Part shown: positions 37,722-47,462 of the stretch, one piece after another
Layout of the letters: each line of letters begins with the position of its first letter
How positions within the stretch are numbered: the first letter of the stretch is position 1
Source: an uncultured Pelagibacteraceae bacterium
GTDB lineage: Bacteria > Pseudomonadota > Alphaproteobacteria > Pelagibacterales > Pelagibacteraceae
Length of the DNA stretch: 64,000 nucleotides
Assembly (NCBI GenBank): GCA_902576565.1
Contig: CACGVK010000001.1
Span: 305 to 64,304, forward strand
Direction: 5' to 3'
Program-made: the position numbers and the translations under genes
Notes under the pieces: generated by a model
Told to the model about the DNA's origin: nothing
Seen by the model: the letters and a program-made list of their open reading frames with translations, nothing else
The model's database searches: none

Positions 37722-40454
37722 ATGAGCAAAGACAAGATTAATCTTCCAAAAACTGCTTTTTCAATGAAAGCAAATTTGCCAGCAAAAGAACCTGGATTTG
37801 TTCAATATTGGGATAAGATAAAATTGTATAATAAATTAAGAGAGAAAACTAAAGAGAGCGAAAAGTTCGTGTTACACGATGGACCACCTTATGCCAATGG
37901 TAATATCCATATGGGAACAGCTTTGAATAAAATACTTAAAGATATCATCACCAAGTTTCATCAAATGGATGGAAAAAACTCAGTTTATGTCCCAGGATGG
38001 GATTGTCATGGGTTGCCTATAGAATGGAAAATTGAAGAGCAATATAAAAAAAATAAAAAAAATAAGAATGAAGTACCAATTACTGAATTTAGAAAAGAGT
38101 GTAGAGATTTTGCAGATAAATGGATTAAAGTTCACAAAGATCAATTTAAAAGACTTGGCGTAATTGGAGATTGGGAAAACTACTATTCAACAATGAGTTT
38201 TGACGCTGAAGCTCAAATAGTGAGAGAACTTGGTAAATTTTTAAAAGAGGGGAGTCTTTATAAAGGTTATAAGCCAGTTTTATGGTCAACAGTTGAAAAA
38301 ACTGCTTTGTCAGATGCTGAAGTTGAATATATGGATCATACTTCTGATACAATTTATGTATCTTTTCCTATTAAAAAAACAAATTTTGAAGAACTGAACG
38401 ATTGTGAGATTATTATCTGGACAACTACCCCCTGGACAATTCCTGCAAATAAAGCTTTAGCATTTAATGAAAATTTAAAATATTTAATCATTAAAATTTT
38501 AGATAAAAACCAATTTTTGAATTCAAAAATAATTGTTGCAAAAGAATTATTAGACTCATTTATTAAAGAATGTAACATTACAGACTATAAAGTATTAAAT
38601 GAAGTATCTGGAGATGCTTTCCAAGGAACTATCTGTAAACATCCTTTTTTTGATATAGGTTATGATTATGATGTTCCTATGTTGAAAGCTAGGTTTGTTA
38701 CTACAGAGCAAGGAACTGGTTTTGTTCACTGTGCACCTAGTCATGGGCCTGATGATTTTAATTTGTGTTTAAATAGTGGGATTAAAGCTCTAGAAACAGT
38801 AGATGACGACGGGAGATATACAAAACATATACCTATTTTTGAAGGAACGCATATTTTTAAGGCCAATCCTATAGTCATAGACAAATTAAAAGAAATGAAT
38901 AGACTTATTGCTAATGGAAAACTAAATCATTCCTACCCTCATTCATGGAGATCAAAAGCTCCTTTAGTTCATAGAGCAACCCAGCAGTGGTTTATTTCAA
39001 TGGAAAGTCATGGACTAAGAAAAAAAGCACTTAAAGCTATTGATGAAACTGCATTCTACCCAAGCAAAGGAAAAGAAAGAATTAAAGCTATGATTGAGAC
39101 ACGACCTGATTGGTGTGTTTCCAGACAAAGAGTTTGGGGTGTACCACTGCCAATTTTTGAATGCAAAAAAACTAATAAAGTATTAGTTGATGATGAGTTA
39201 TTTGAAAATATTGCAAAAATTTATGAAAAAGAAGGTTCAGACTGTTGGTTTTCAGATAATCCACAAAGATTTTTAGGAAGTAAATACAAAGCTGAAGAAT
39301 ATAAAAAATCTACTGATATAGTCGAAGTATGGTTTGATAGTGGTTCAACACACTCTTTTGTTTTAGAAAAAAGAGAAGATTTAAAGTGGCCAGCATCAAT
39401 GTATTTAGAAGGATCAGATCAACATAGAGGCTGGTTCCATTCGTCTTTATTAGAGTCTTGTGGAACAAGAGGGGAAGCGCCGTTTGAATCAATTTTATCT
39501 CATGGATTTGTTGTTGATGGGAAAGGTCTCAAAATGTCAAAGTCTTTAGGTAATGTAATTGCACCTGAGGATATTCTCAAAAAATATGGAGCAGATATCC
39601 TTAGAGTATGGGTAGCAGCCTCAAATTATGCTGAAGATCTTAGAATAGATCATTCAATACTTGAACAACATGCAGAAGCTTATAGGAAAATAAGAAACAC
39701 TTTTAGATATTTGCTAGGAAATTTAAATGATAATTTTTCAAAAATAAATTTTCAAAAATTAGAAATCAACGATCTTCCAGAGTTAGAACAATATATGCTT
39801 CATAAAGTTTTTATTTTAAATGAAAATTTTCATAAAAATTTTAATTCATATACATTTCACAATTTATATAAAGAATTGCTAAATTTCTGTACAGTGGATC
39901 TTTCAGCGTTCTATTTTGATATTAGAAAAGACTCTCTCTATTGTGATGATTTAAAATCTAAAAAGAGAAAAAGTTGTACTTTAGTTCTAAATATAATTCT
40001 TGATTGTCTGTTAAAATGGTTTGCACCTATATTATCTTTTACAACTGAAGAAATTTTTAAATTAATAAACAAAGATAAAGATGAAAGTATACATCTAGAA
40101 AAATTTGCTGAAGTTCCTAAAAATTGGAAAAACGAAATTTTATTTGAAAGATGGGAAAAGTTAAAAAAAATAAGAGATTTCTCGAATATCAGTATAGAAA
40201 GTAAAAGAGCAGAAAAAGTAATAGGTTCAAGCTTAGAGGCAAATATAAAAATAAAACTAAAAGAAGATTTATATGCATTAGCTAAAAATTTTGATTTTGG
40301 AGAGTTGTGTATTACATCTGGAGCTGATGTAATATTGGATAATAACTTGGAAGAAGAAATATCCGTAGAGACAGAAAAAGCTGATGGAAAGAAATGCAGC
40401 ATTTGTTGGAAAATAAGACAAGATAAATGTGAGAGACACATTTGTAATTTTTAA
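37722..40454 (+). CDS. ileS: Isoleucine--tRNA ligase
   Basis: HDGPPYANGNIHMG, GWDCHGLPIE, WTTTPWT, EGSDQHRGWF and KMSKS. Confidence 0.99.
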   Translation: MSKDKINLPKTAFSMKANLPAKEPGFVQYWDKIKLYNKLREKTKESEKFVLHDGPPYANGNIHMGTALNKILKDIITKFHQMDGKNSVYVPGWDCHGLPIEWKIEEQYKKNKKNKNEVPITEFRKECRDFADKWIKVHKDQFKRLGVIGDWENYYSTMSFDAEAQIVRELGKFLKEGSLYKGYKPVLWSTVEKTALSDAEVEYMDHTSDTIYVSFPIKKTNFEELNDCEIIIWTTTPWTIPANKALAFNENLKYLIIKILDKNQFLNSKIIVAKELLDSFIKECNITDYKVLNEVSGDAFQGTICKHPFFDIGYDYDVPMLKARFVTTEQGTGFVHCAPSHGPDDFNLCLNSGIKALETVDDDGRYTKHIPIFEGTHIFKANPIVIDKLKEMNRLIANGKLNHSYPHSWRSKAPLVHRATQQWFISMESHGLRKKALKAIDETAFYPSKGKERIKAMIETRPDWCVSRQRVWGVPLPIFECKKTNKVLVDDELFENIAKIYEKEGSDCWFSDNPQRFLGSKYKAEEYKKSTDIVEVWFDSGSTHSFVLEKREDLKWPASMYLEGSDQHRGWFHSSLLESCGTRGEAPFESILSHGFVVDGKGLKMSKSLGNVIAPEDILKKYGADILRVWVAASNYAEDLRIDHSILEQHAEAYRKIRNTFRYLLGNLNDNFSKINFQKLEINDLPELEQYMLHKVFILNENFHKNFNSYTFHNLYKELLNFCTVDLSAFYFDIRKDSLYCDDLKSKKRKSCTLVLNIILDCLLKWFAPILSFTTEEIFKLINKDKDESIHLEKFAEVPKNWKNEILFERWEKLKKIRDFSNISIESKRAEKVIGSSLEANIKIKLKEDLYALAKNFDFGELCITSGADVILDNNLEEEISVETEKADGKKCSICWKIRQDKCERHICNF

Positions 40455-40463
40455 ATTATTTTT

Positions 40464-40949
40464 ATGTTGAAAAAAAAATATATAATTTTTTTAATATTGA
40501 CATTAATAATTTTTATTTTAGATAGATTTTCAAAATATTATATCTTAAACATCGCCGAAACCGAGGGATCAGTAAATGTTTTTGTTAACTCTTATCTAAA
40601 TTTATACTTAGTTTGGAATACTGGCATTGGATTTGGTTTACTATCTTTTGACCAGTCATTATTTTATAATTTAATAACATCTTTGATTGTTCTAATTAAC
40701 CTAGCTATTGTTTATATGATTATTAAAACTAATGACATTAGGTCATATTTTTTAGTTTTGGTACTCGGTGGCTCTCTAGGAAATTTATTCGACAGATTGT
40801 ATTATTCTGCGGTTCCAGATTTCATAGACCTTAATTATGGAGAATTTCATTGGTTTATATTTAATGTTGCAGACATATTTATTACATTAGGAATAATTTG
40901 TCTTATTTTTGCTGAATTAATGAATTATAAAAGTGAAAATGAAAATTAG
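40464..40949 (+). CDS. lspA: Lipoprotein signal peptidase II
   Basis: WNTGIGFG, GGSLGNLFDR, V.DFI and FNVAD. Confidence 0.96.
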   Translation: MLKKKYIIFLILTLIIFILDRFSKYYILNIAETEGSVNVFVNSYLNLYLVWNTGIGFGLLSFDQSLFYNLITSLIVLINLAIVYMIIKTNDIRSYFLVLVLGGSLGNLFDRLYYSAVPDFIDLNYGEFHWFIFNVADIFITLGIICLIFAELMNYKSENEN

Positions 40950-41265
40950 AAACATATTTACTATTTGTTTATTGAGCATTTTTTTAGTTTCTTGCCAAGG
41001 TGCAAAAGATGCTTTTCAAAGTAAAAAAAGATCGAACACAAACCAAGAATTTTTAGTAGAAAAAAAACAACCTTTGACTGCTCCGCCTGATATGAATGAA
41101 TTACCAGTGCCTACTTCGGATGCTTTGGAGGATGAAGGGACTTCAGAAGATGTCTCTGAAGTAAAAAAAATTTTAGAAATAACAGAAAATGAGACAAATA
41201 GTCAAAATTCCTCAGGCGATAATTCAACATTAGAGAATTCAATTTTAGAAAAAATTAAAAATTAA
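40939..41265 (+). CDS. DUF3035-like lipoprotein
   Basis: Lipobox LVSC; EFLVEKK.PL..PPD..ELP.P motif; located after lspA. Confidence 0.75.
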   Translation: MKIRNIFTICLLSIFLVSCQGAKDAFQSKKRSNTNQEFLVEKKQPLTAPPDMNELPVPTSDALEDEGTSEDVSEVKKILEITENETNSQNSSGDNSTLENSILEKIKN

Positions 41266-41267
41266 AA

Positions 41268-42386
41268 ATGCTTACCAAAAACATAAAGTTTAAGGGATTT
41301 AGACATTATGTTAAAAATGATAAAATTAAAAAAATAATCAACTCAAATTGGTTTAAGCAAATTAAATTAATAAAGAGTTTAAATGTAGATTTTAAATATA
41401 GTTATTTAAAAAAAGATATACAAAAATACAAAAGATTTAATACGTTCAGAGTTATAGGAATGGGAGGATCAATTTTAGGTTCAGAAGCGATTTATCAATT
41501 TTTAAATCATAAAATAAAAAAAAAATTTTTATTTGTTAATAATCTTAAACTCTCTTTATCTGATAGTGATAAAAATAAACGTATTGTTAATATAATAATT
41601 TCAAAATCAGGTAATACAGCTGAAACAATCACAAATTCAAATATTTTTTTAAAAAAAAATAGACTTAACAAAAATATTTTTATTTTAGAAAAAAAAAACA
41701 GTCATTTATCAAAAATAGCTGAAACGATAAAAGCAGAAATTTTTGAGCACAAAAATTTTATAGGTGGAAGATATTCAGTTTTATCAGAAGTAGGAATGTT
41801 ACCAGCTGAGTTAATGGGTTTGAATGAAAAAAAGTTCAAAAGGTATAACTTTTTAATTAAAAATAAAAATTTTTTAAATCAATTAGTTGTAAATGTAAGC
41901 ACTATTTTAAAATTGATTAGTCAAAAAAAATTGAACTCAATAATTTTAAATTATGATGATAAATCGAACAATCTTTTTCAGTGGTATCAACAATTGGTTG
42001 CAGAAAGTCTTGGAAAAAAATCAAATGGTATTCTTCCATTTATTTCAACAATGCCAAAAGATAATCATAGTTTAATGCAACTTTTTTTAGATGGTCCAAA
42101 AAATAATTTCTATACATTTTTTAATGTAAAAGAAAAAAAATCCAAAAATAAAAACTTATATAAATTAAAAAATGCTCAATTTGAAGCTACCAAAATAGTT
42201 TTTAACAAAAAAAAATTACCATTTAGAACTTTTGAAGTATTAAATAGAACCGAAGAAACAATGGGAGAACTGTTCAGTTTTTTTATCTTAGAAACAATTT
42301 TGTTGGGAAGAGCATTAAATGTAAACCCTTTTGACCAACCATCGGTTGAGTTAATTAAAAAAGAGACAAAAAAAATATTATTTTGA
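41268..42386 (+). CDS. pgi: Glucose-6-phosphate isomerase (short form)
   Basis: IGMGGS, SKSG.T.ET, GGRYSVLS.VG, QQL.AESLGK and NPFDQP.VE..K. Confidence 0.88.
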   Translation: MLTKNIKFKGFRHYVKNDKIKKIINSNWFKQIKLIKSLNVDFKYSYLKKDIQKYKRFNTFRVIGMGGSILGSEAIYQFLNHKIKKKFLFVNNLKLSLSDSDKNKRIVNIIISKSGNTAETITNSNIFLKKNRLNKNIFILEKKNSHLSKIAETIKAEIFEHKNFIGGRYSVLSEVGMLPAELMGLNEKKFKRYNFLIKNKNFLNQLVVNVSTILKLISQKKLNSIILNYDDKSNNLFQWYQQLVAESLGKKSNGILPFISTMPKDNHSLMQLFLDGPKNNFYTFFNVKEKKSKNKNLYKLKNAQFEATKIVFNKKKLPFRTFEVLNRTEETMGELFSFFILETILLGRALNVNPFDQPSVELIKKETKKILF

Positions 42387-42941
42387 TTTTAAAAAAATAA
42401 TTTTTGATATCCCATAAATTCTTTCTTCTACTTTACTAAAATTTTTTGTAAGAATGTCTTTATCCAGTTTATTTCTATGAAGAACAAAAAGACCTGTTTT
42501 TTTTAAAAAGTTTAAATTTTTTATTATTGATAATAGTTCATCAATTTTTTCTTCTTTATATGGAGGATCAGCAAAAATTAAGTCGTAGTTTCTTTCAAGC
42601 CCAGAACATTCATTTAAATCAAATATATTTTTTTCTATTATTTTATAACCACTATTTAATTTTAATGATTGTAGATTTTTTTTTAAAATTTTTACAGCAG
42701 GACTATAATCTTCAACGAAAGTTACTTCCTTAGCATATCTAGATATACATTCTATACCAAATGAGCCAGATCCAGAAAATAAATCTAATACTTTAGATTT
42801 TTCAAATTTTATTGATAATTTCTTAGAGTGTAAAAATAAATTAAATATCGACTCTTTGGTCATATCTTTAAGAGGACGAGTGTTTCTATCAATCGGTTGA
42901 ACTAATTTTTTACCTTTAAATCTTCCTGAAATAATTCTCAT
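42378..42941 (-). CDS. rsmD: 16S rRNA (guanine(966)-N2)-methyltransferase
   Basis: MRIISG.FKG, TRP, LDLFSGSG and DPPY. Confidence 0.94.
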   Translation of the reverse strand: MRIISGRFKGKKLVQPIDRNTRPLKDMTKESIFNLFLHSKKLSIKFEKSKVLDLFSGSGSFGIECISRYAKEVTFVEDYSPAVKILKKNLQSLKLNSGYKIIEKNIFDLNECSGLERNYDLIFADPPYKEEKIDELLSIIKNLNFLKKTGLFVLHRNKLDKDILTKNFSKVEERIYGISKIIFLKSK

Positions 42942-44206
42942 TTCTTTATCGCTCTAAAACCAATGTCTCTTCTGTAATATTTATTTTCCCACTTAATATT
43001 ATCAAGAATTTTTAATGCTTTTTTTCTAGCCCCCAATAGATTTGAGTCAACAACTGTTGAATTTAAAACTCTTCCACCATTAGATAGAACTTTTCCATTT
43101 TTACTTTTAATTGTTCCAGCGTGAAATAATTGCTGGAAGTCAGTGTATTTTATTTTATTCAAATTTTTTATTTCCTTATAATTTTTAAATTTACCTGGAT
43201 AACCTTTACTCGCAGCTACTATTGTAATTCCAGGTTTTTTAATCCAAGATATTTTTTGATTATAAAGATTTTTATTTAAAGTAGATAAAATTAAATCTAG
43301 TAAATCATTTTCAAGTCTCATCATTAATATTTGACATTCAGGATCGCCAAAACGAATATTGTATTCGATTAATTTTGGTTCAGATTTATCAATCATTAAC
43401 CCTGCATATAATATTCCTTTATATGGGCAACCAATGGAATTCATTGATTTTATTGTCGGTTTAATTATTTTTTTTAAAATTTTATTTTCAATATTTTTAG
43501 ATATAATTTTTGAAGGAGAGTATGCACCCATACCACCTGTATTAAGACCAGTGTCGTTTTCACCAATTCTTTTATGATCTTGAGCAGTTCCGATAGGTAG
43601 ATAATGTTTTCCATCTGAAATTACAAAATAGCTTACTTCTTCACCTTGTAAAAATTCCTCAACTATAACTTTTTTTGAAGTTTTAAATTTTCCATTGAGT
43701 ATTTCTAAAATATCTCTAAGCGCTTCTTTTTTATTTTTACATATTGTTACACCCTTACCAGCAGCCAAACCATCAGATTTAACTACTACTGGAAATTTAA
43801 ATTTATTAATTATTTTTTCTGCTTGATTTGTCTTAGTAATTTCCTCGTATTTTGCAGTAGGGATTTTAAAATTTTTACAGAACTTTTTCATAAATAATTT
43901 TGACCCTTCTAATCTTGATGCTTTTTTACTTGGTCCAAAAACATTTATATTTTTCTTTTCAAAATAATCTACAATTCCATTTACTAATGGAATTTCTGGG
44001 CCTACAACTAATAACTTAATATCTTTGTTTTTAACTTCTTTATAAATTTTTTTAAAATCATTTATATTAATATTTATATTTTCAGATATTTCAGAAGTTC
44101 CAGCATTACCTGGGAAACAATAAATTTTATCAATTTTAGAAGATTGTTTTAATTTGTAACATAATGAATGTTCTCTGCCACCACTTCCAATTATTCCAAT
44201 ATTCAT
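42938..44206 (-). CDS. purD: Phosphoribosylamine--glycine ligase
   Basis: GSGGREH, VGPE.PL, LEGSK, DGLAAGKGV, QDHKR, NTGGMGAYSP and RFGDPE. Confidence 0.98.
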   Translation of the reverse strand: MNIGIIGSGGREHSLCYKLKQSSKIDKIYCFPGNAGTSEISENINININDFKKIYKEVKNKDIKLLVVGPEIPLVNGIVDYFEKKNINVFGPSKKASRLEGSKLFMKKFCKNFKIPTAKYEEITKTNQAEKIINKFKFPVVVKSDGLAAGKGVTICKNKKEALRDILEILNGKFKTSKKVIVEEFLQGEEVSYFVISDGKHYLPIGTAQDHKRIGENDTGLNTGGMGAYSPSKIISKNIENKILKKIIKPTIKSMNSIGCPYKGILYAGLMIDKSEPKLIEYNIRFGDPECQILMMRLENDLLDLILSTLNKNLYNQKISWIKKPGITIVAASKGYPGKFKNYKEIKNLNKIKYTDFQQLFHAGTIKSKNGKVLSNGGRVLNSTVVDSNLLGARKKALKILDNIKWENKYYRRDIGFRAIKK

Positions 44207-44227
44207 GTAATAGTTTATAAACTATAA

Positions 44228-44410
44228 ATGTTTAAAAAATTAGCAAAATTAAAATATCTTCCTAACAACTTTGAAATAATAGAAGAAGGCGATCATGTCG
44301 TTTGTGCAGTCTCAGATAAAAAAATAAGTCTTGATAAGCTTACTTATTGGAATGTTGAGTTACAGGAACCCTATTTTTCCTATATTGAGGCATCAAAAAA
44401 AAGAACTTAA
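44228..44410 (+). CDS. DUF2093 family small protein
   Basis: A.LKY..F.II..GD.V.CAVS..I.L..L.YWNV.LQEPY pattern. Confidence 0.78.
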   Translation: MFKKLAKLKYLPNNFEIIEEGDHVVCAVSDKKISLDKLTYWNVELQEPYFSYIEASKKRT

Positions 44411-44421
44411 ATTTTATAGAG

Positions 44422-45282
44422 CTATTTCCATCTATTGTGCGTCCATATCCACTGATCAACATTTTTTAAAATCATATTTTCTAAAATTGAATTCAATTTT
44501 AAAGTGATATCTTCTAAATTATCTTTTTTTTCAAATTTAATTCCCTTTGAGAAAGTTATTTCAAAATTAATCTTATTTTTTCTTTCAATGTATACAGGAA
44601 TAACCTCACAGTTATATTTTTTTACTAGTTGTGCTGGGATAGTTGTTGTTGAGCATTTCCTATTAAAAAAATTTACTTGTATACCTTCACTAACCCTTTG
44701 GTCGATCATTAAAGCAATCGATGAACCATCTTTAAATAATTCAAGCATTTCTCTAGTTCCAGATCTACCTTTTTTTATTTGTTTTTTACAAATATAATTT
44801 TTTCTAATTTTTTCCATTTTTTTATTAAGAAAAATATTATTTAAAGGTCTATAAATAGCAGCAACATCAATACCATAACTTTCAATTTGCATAGCCATAA
44901 GTTCAAAATTATTAAAATGGCCTGAAATAAAAACAACCTGTTTTTTATTTTTTTTTATATCTTCCAAAACCTCAGTTCCATTTACTTTAATGTGTTTTTC
45001 GAGAGTGTTATTTTTAAATTTTTTAATATAAGGATATTCGGCTAAAATTCTTCCATAATTACCCCACATATTTTTAATTATTTGATTCCTATCTTCTTCG
45101 GAGTTTCCAATTTTTGAGTTTTTTAAATTATTTTGGATTTTTGATTTATTTCTAAAAAAAGGACCAAAAATTATACCAACTAACTCCCCTAGATTTGATG
45201 CATTTTTATAGCCGATAATTTTAAAAATAAAAAAAAAAGCAGATAGAAATATAAATTCAAAAAAATATTTTATTAATTTCAT
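44422..45282 (-). CDS. lpxL: Lipid A biosynthesis acyltransferase (LpxL/HtrB family)
   Basis: GHFNNFE, YRPLNN, DQ and QWIW.HNRWK. Confidence 0.88.
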   Translation of the reverse strand: MKLIKYFFEFIFLSAFFFIFKIIGYKNASNLGELVGIIFGPFFRNKSKIQNNLKNSKIGNSEEDRNQIIKNMWGNYGRILAEYPYIKKFKNNTLEKHIKVNGTEVLEDIKKNKKQVVFISGHFNNFELMAMQIESYGIDVAAIYRPLNNIFLNKKMEKIRKNYICKKQIKKGRSGTREMLELFKDGSSIALMIDQRVSEGIQVNFFNRKCSTTTIPAQLVKKYNCEVIPVYIERKNKINFEITFSKGIKFEKKDNLEDITLKLNSILENMILKNVDQWIWTHNRWK

Positions 45283-46214
45283 ATATAATTTTTAATCAAA
45301 CTTTTAAAATCTTCTTTATTTTCAATTTCAAGACTGACTTCTACACCTTCACAATACGCCTTTTGTTCATTGTTCATTCTACAATAGTCTTTTTCAGTTG
45401 TAACAATTTTTGTAGAATTATTCTTCTTTATTCTATCAAAATCTTCTTTTGAGTAGGTATGATGGTCTGGAAATGAAAAACTTTCTTTTAAATTTAATCC
45501 ATTTTCTTTCAATAAATCAAAAAAGTTAGAAGGATTCCCAATTCCAGCAAAAGCTGTTATCTCTTTATTTTGTAATTTTTCTAAATTTTTAATTTTATAT
45601 TTTGTGTAAAATATTTGTATGTTTTTTTTTTCTAAATATTTTTTAATTTTATTTTCAAATTCTAAATTTTTATCTCCATTAATAAAAATACAATCTGCTC
45701 TTAAAATTGATTTCATGTATTCTCTAAGAGGTCCTGATGGAATTAAAAAACCATTTCCAATCAATTGTTTTGAATTAAAGCACAAAATTGAAAAAGTTGG
45801 TTTAATGGAAAAATCTTGAAATCCATCATCCAGAATTGCAATATCATGTTTTTTTAATATTGCGTTTTTAATTGCTTTTGTTCTATTTTTATCCACAAAA
45901 ATTGCACCTACTTTTTTAAGCATATTTATTTCATCAGACAAATACTCATAATTCTTTTTTATAATGGAAGGATTTTTTCCCATAGATTGAACTAATCTAT
46001 ATATTTCTGACACCAAAGGTGTTTTCCCTGTTCCACCAATATAAATATTACCTATACATATGACTGGAATTTTAAAGTTTTTACGAAATATTAAAGTTTT
46101 ATAAATTTTATCTATAATAGAAAGTATTAAATAAAGTGAAGATATTGGAAATAATAAAATAGACCAAATTGATATTTTTTTATCATCCCAAAATTTAGGT
46201 TTTTTAAATTTCAT
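45279..46214 (-). CDS. lpxK: Tetraacyldisaccharide 4'-kinase
   Basis: PVICIGN..GGTGKTP, LDDGFQ, P.GPLRE, FAGIGNP, FPDHH and TTEKD. Confidence 0.95.
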   Translation of the reverse strand: MKFKKPKFWDDKKISIWSILLFPISSLYLILSIIDKIYKTLIFRKNFKIPVICIGNIYIGGTGKTPLVSEIYRLVQSMGKNPSIIKKNYEYLSDEINMLKKVGAIFVDKNRTKAIKNAILKKHDIAILDDGFQDFSIKPTFSILCFNSKQLIGNGFLIPSGPLREYMKSILRADCIFINGDKNLEFENKIKKYLEKKNIQIFYTKYKIKNLEKLQNKEITAFAGIGNPSNFFDLLKENGLNLKESFSFPDHHTYSKEDFDRIKKNNSTKIVTTEKDYCRMNNEQKAYCEGVEVSLEIENKEDFKSLIKNYI

Positions 46215-47462
46215 TTAGTAGTATTTTTTAACTTCTTTGAGATTTTCTATTAATATTTTTTTTCCTATATCATTTAATTTTTTAAAATTTTTATTTATAT
46301 TCTTTTTTTTATTTAGATTTAGAATTATCTCTTTTTTCGCTTGATAAATATTATTTATTTTTGAAGAAATATTTATTTTATCTAACAAATTATAAACCTC
46401 TTTAAAATTATCAGTATACGGACCATGTATTACTTTGCATCCCAGTCTAGCGGCTTCAAGAGGGTTCTGTCCACCATGTTTTACTAAAGATCCTCCTAAA
46501 AATACTACATTACAAACTTTCATAAATGACTGAGTTTCGCCATAAGTGTCTACAAGATAAATGTTAGTTTTATCATCTATTTTATCTAGTGAACTATGTA
46601 GATAAACGGAGAGTCCTTTTTGTTCTAATTCATTTTTTATTTCAATACAACGGTGGGCATGTCTTGGAATAATTATAGCTATACTATTTTTATAAATTTT
46701 TCTTAATTTATCATAAATTTTTGAACACAATATTTCTTCATTATTGTGTGTGCTTATTGCTCCAAATAATATTTTTTTTGAAGATAAAAAATTTAATTTA
46801 TTTTTATCTATATAGTTTTTTTTATTAATATTTGGTTCAGAAAATTTTAAGTTACCTATTTTTTTTACTTTTTTAACCCCAAGATATTTTAGATAATTTA
46901 TAGTTTCATTATTTTGCGCTAAACATATACTAAATATATTGAATAATTTATTAGAGAGACTTTTAACATATCTCCATTTAGTAAATGTTTTTTTAGTTAT
47001 TCTAGCATTTAGCAAGATTACATTTATATTTCTATTTTCTATATTTGTAATCATGTTTGGCCAAATTTCAGATTCAATGAATAATACTAAAGAAGGTTTC
47101 CAATAATTAAGAAATTTATTAACTATAACATTAGAGTCTATTGGGAAAAATTGATGTACAGTTTTTCTGAAATTAAATTTTTCAAATATTTTAGATGAAC
47201 TTAATGTGTTGGAAGTCACTAATATCTGATCAATGCTTTTATCTTTTTCTAATTTTTCAATTAAAGGGACAACGCTTAGAGTTTCTCCAACACTTGATCC
47301 ATGAAACCAGACTAATTTTCCAGATTTTCTTTTTTTTGAAGGTATTGAATATTTTTCTAAAAATCTTTTTGGATGTTCTTTATTTTTTATTATTCTAAAA
47401 ATAATTATTATTGGAGATATTAATAAAATAAAATTTATTAATAAGCTATAAATTAATAACAT
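46215..47462 (-). CDS. waaA: 3-deoxy-D-manno-octulosonic acid transferase
   Basis: WFHG.SVGE, ESEIWPN, NAR, GNLKF, PRH and GGSL..HGGQNPLE. Confidence 0.95.
   Translation of the reverse strand: MLLIYSLLINFILLISPIIIIFRIIKNKEHPKRFLEKYSIPSKKRKSGKLVWFHGSSVGETLSVVPLIEKLEKDKSIDQILVTSNTLSSSKIFEKFNFRKTVHQFFPIDSNVIVNKFLNYWKPSLVLFIESEIWPNMITNIENRNINVILLNARITKKTFTKWRYVKSLSNKLFNIFSICLAQNNETINYLKYLGVKKVKKIGNLKFSEPNINKKNYIDKNKLNFLSSKKILFGAISTHNNEEILCSKIYDKLRKIYKNSIAIIIPRHAHRCIEIKNELEQKGLSVYLHSSLDKIDDKTNIYLVDTYGETQSFMKVCNVVFLGGSLVKHGGQNPLEAARLGCKVIHGPYTDNFKEVYNLLDKINISSKINNIYQAKKEIILNLNKKKNINKNFKKLNDIGKKILIENLKEVKKYY

Noticed and set aside
41268-42386. Short pgi as a possible pseudogene
   Set aside because: The frame is uninterrupted and the catalytic motifs, including the C-terminal DQP.VE..K, are intact, consistent with a compact PGI.
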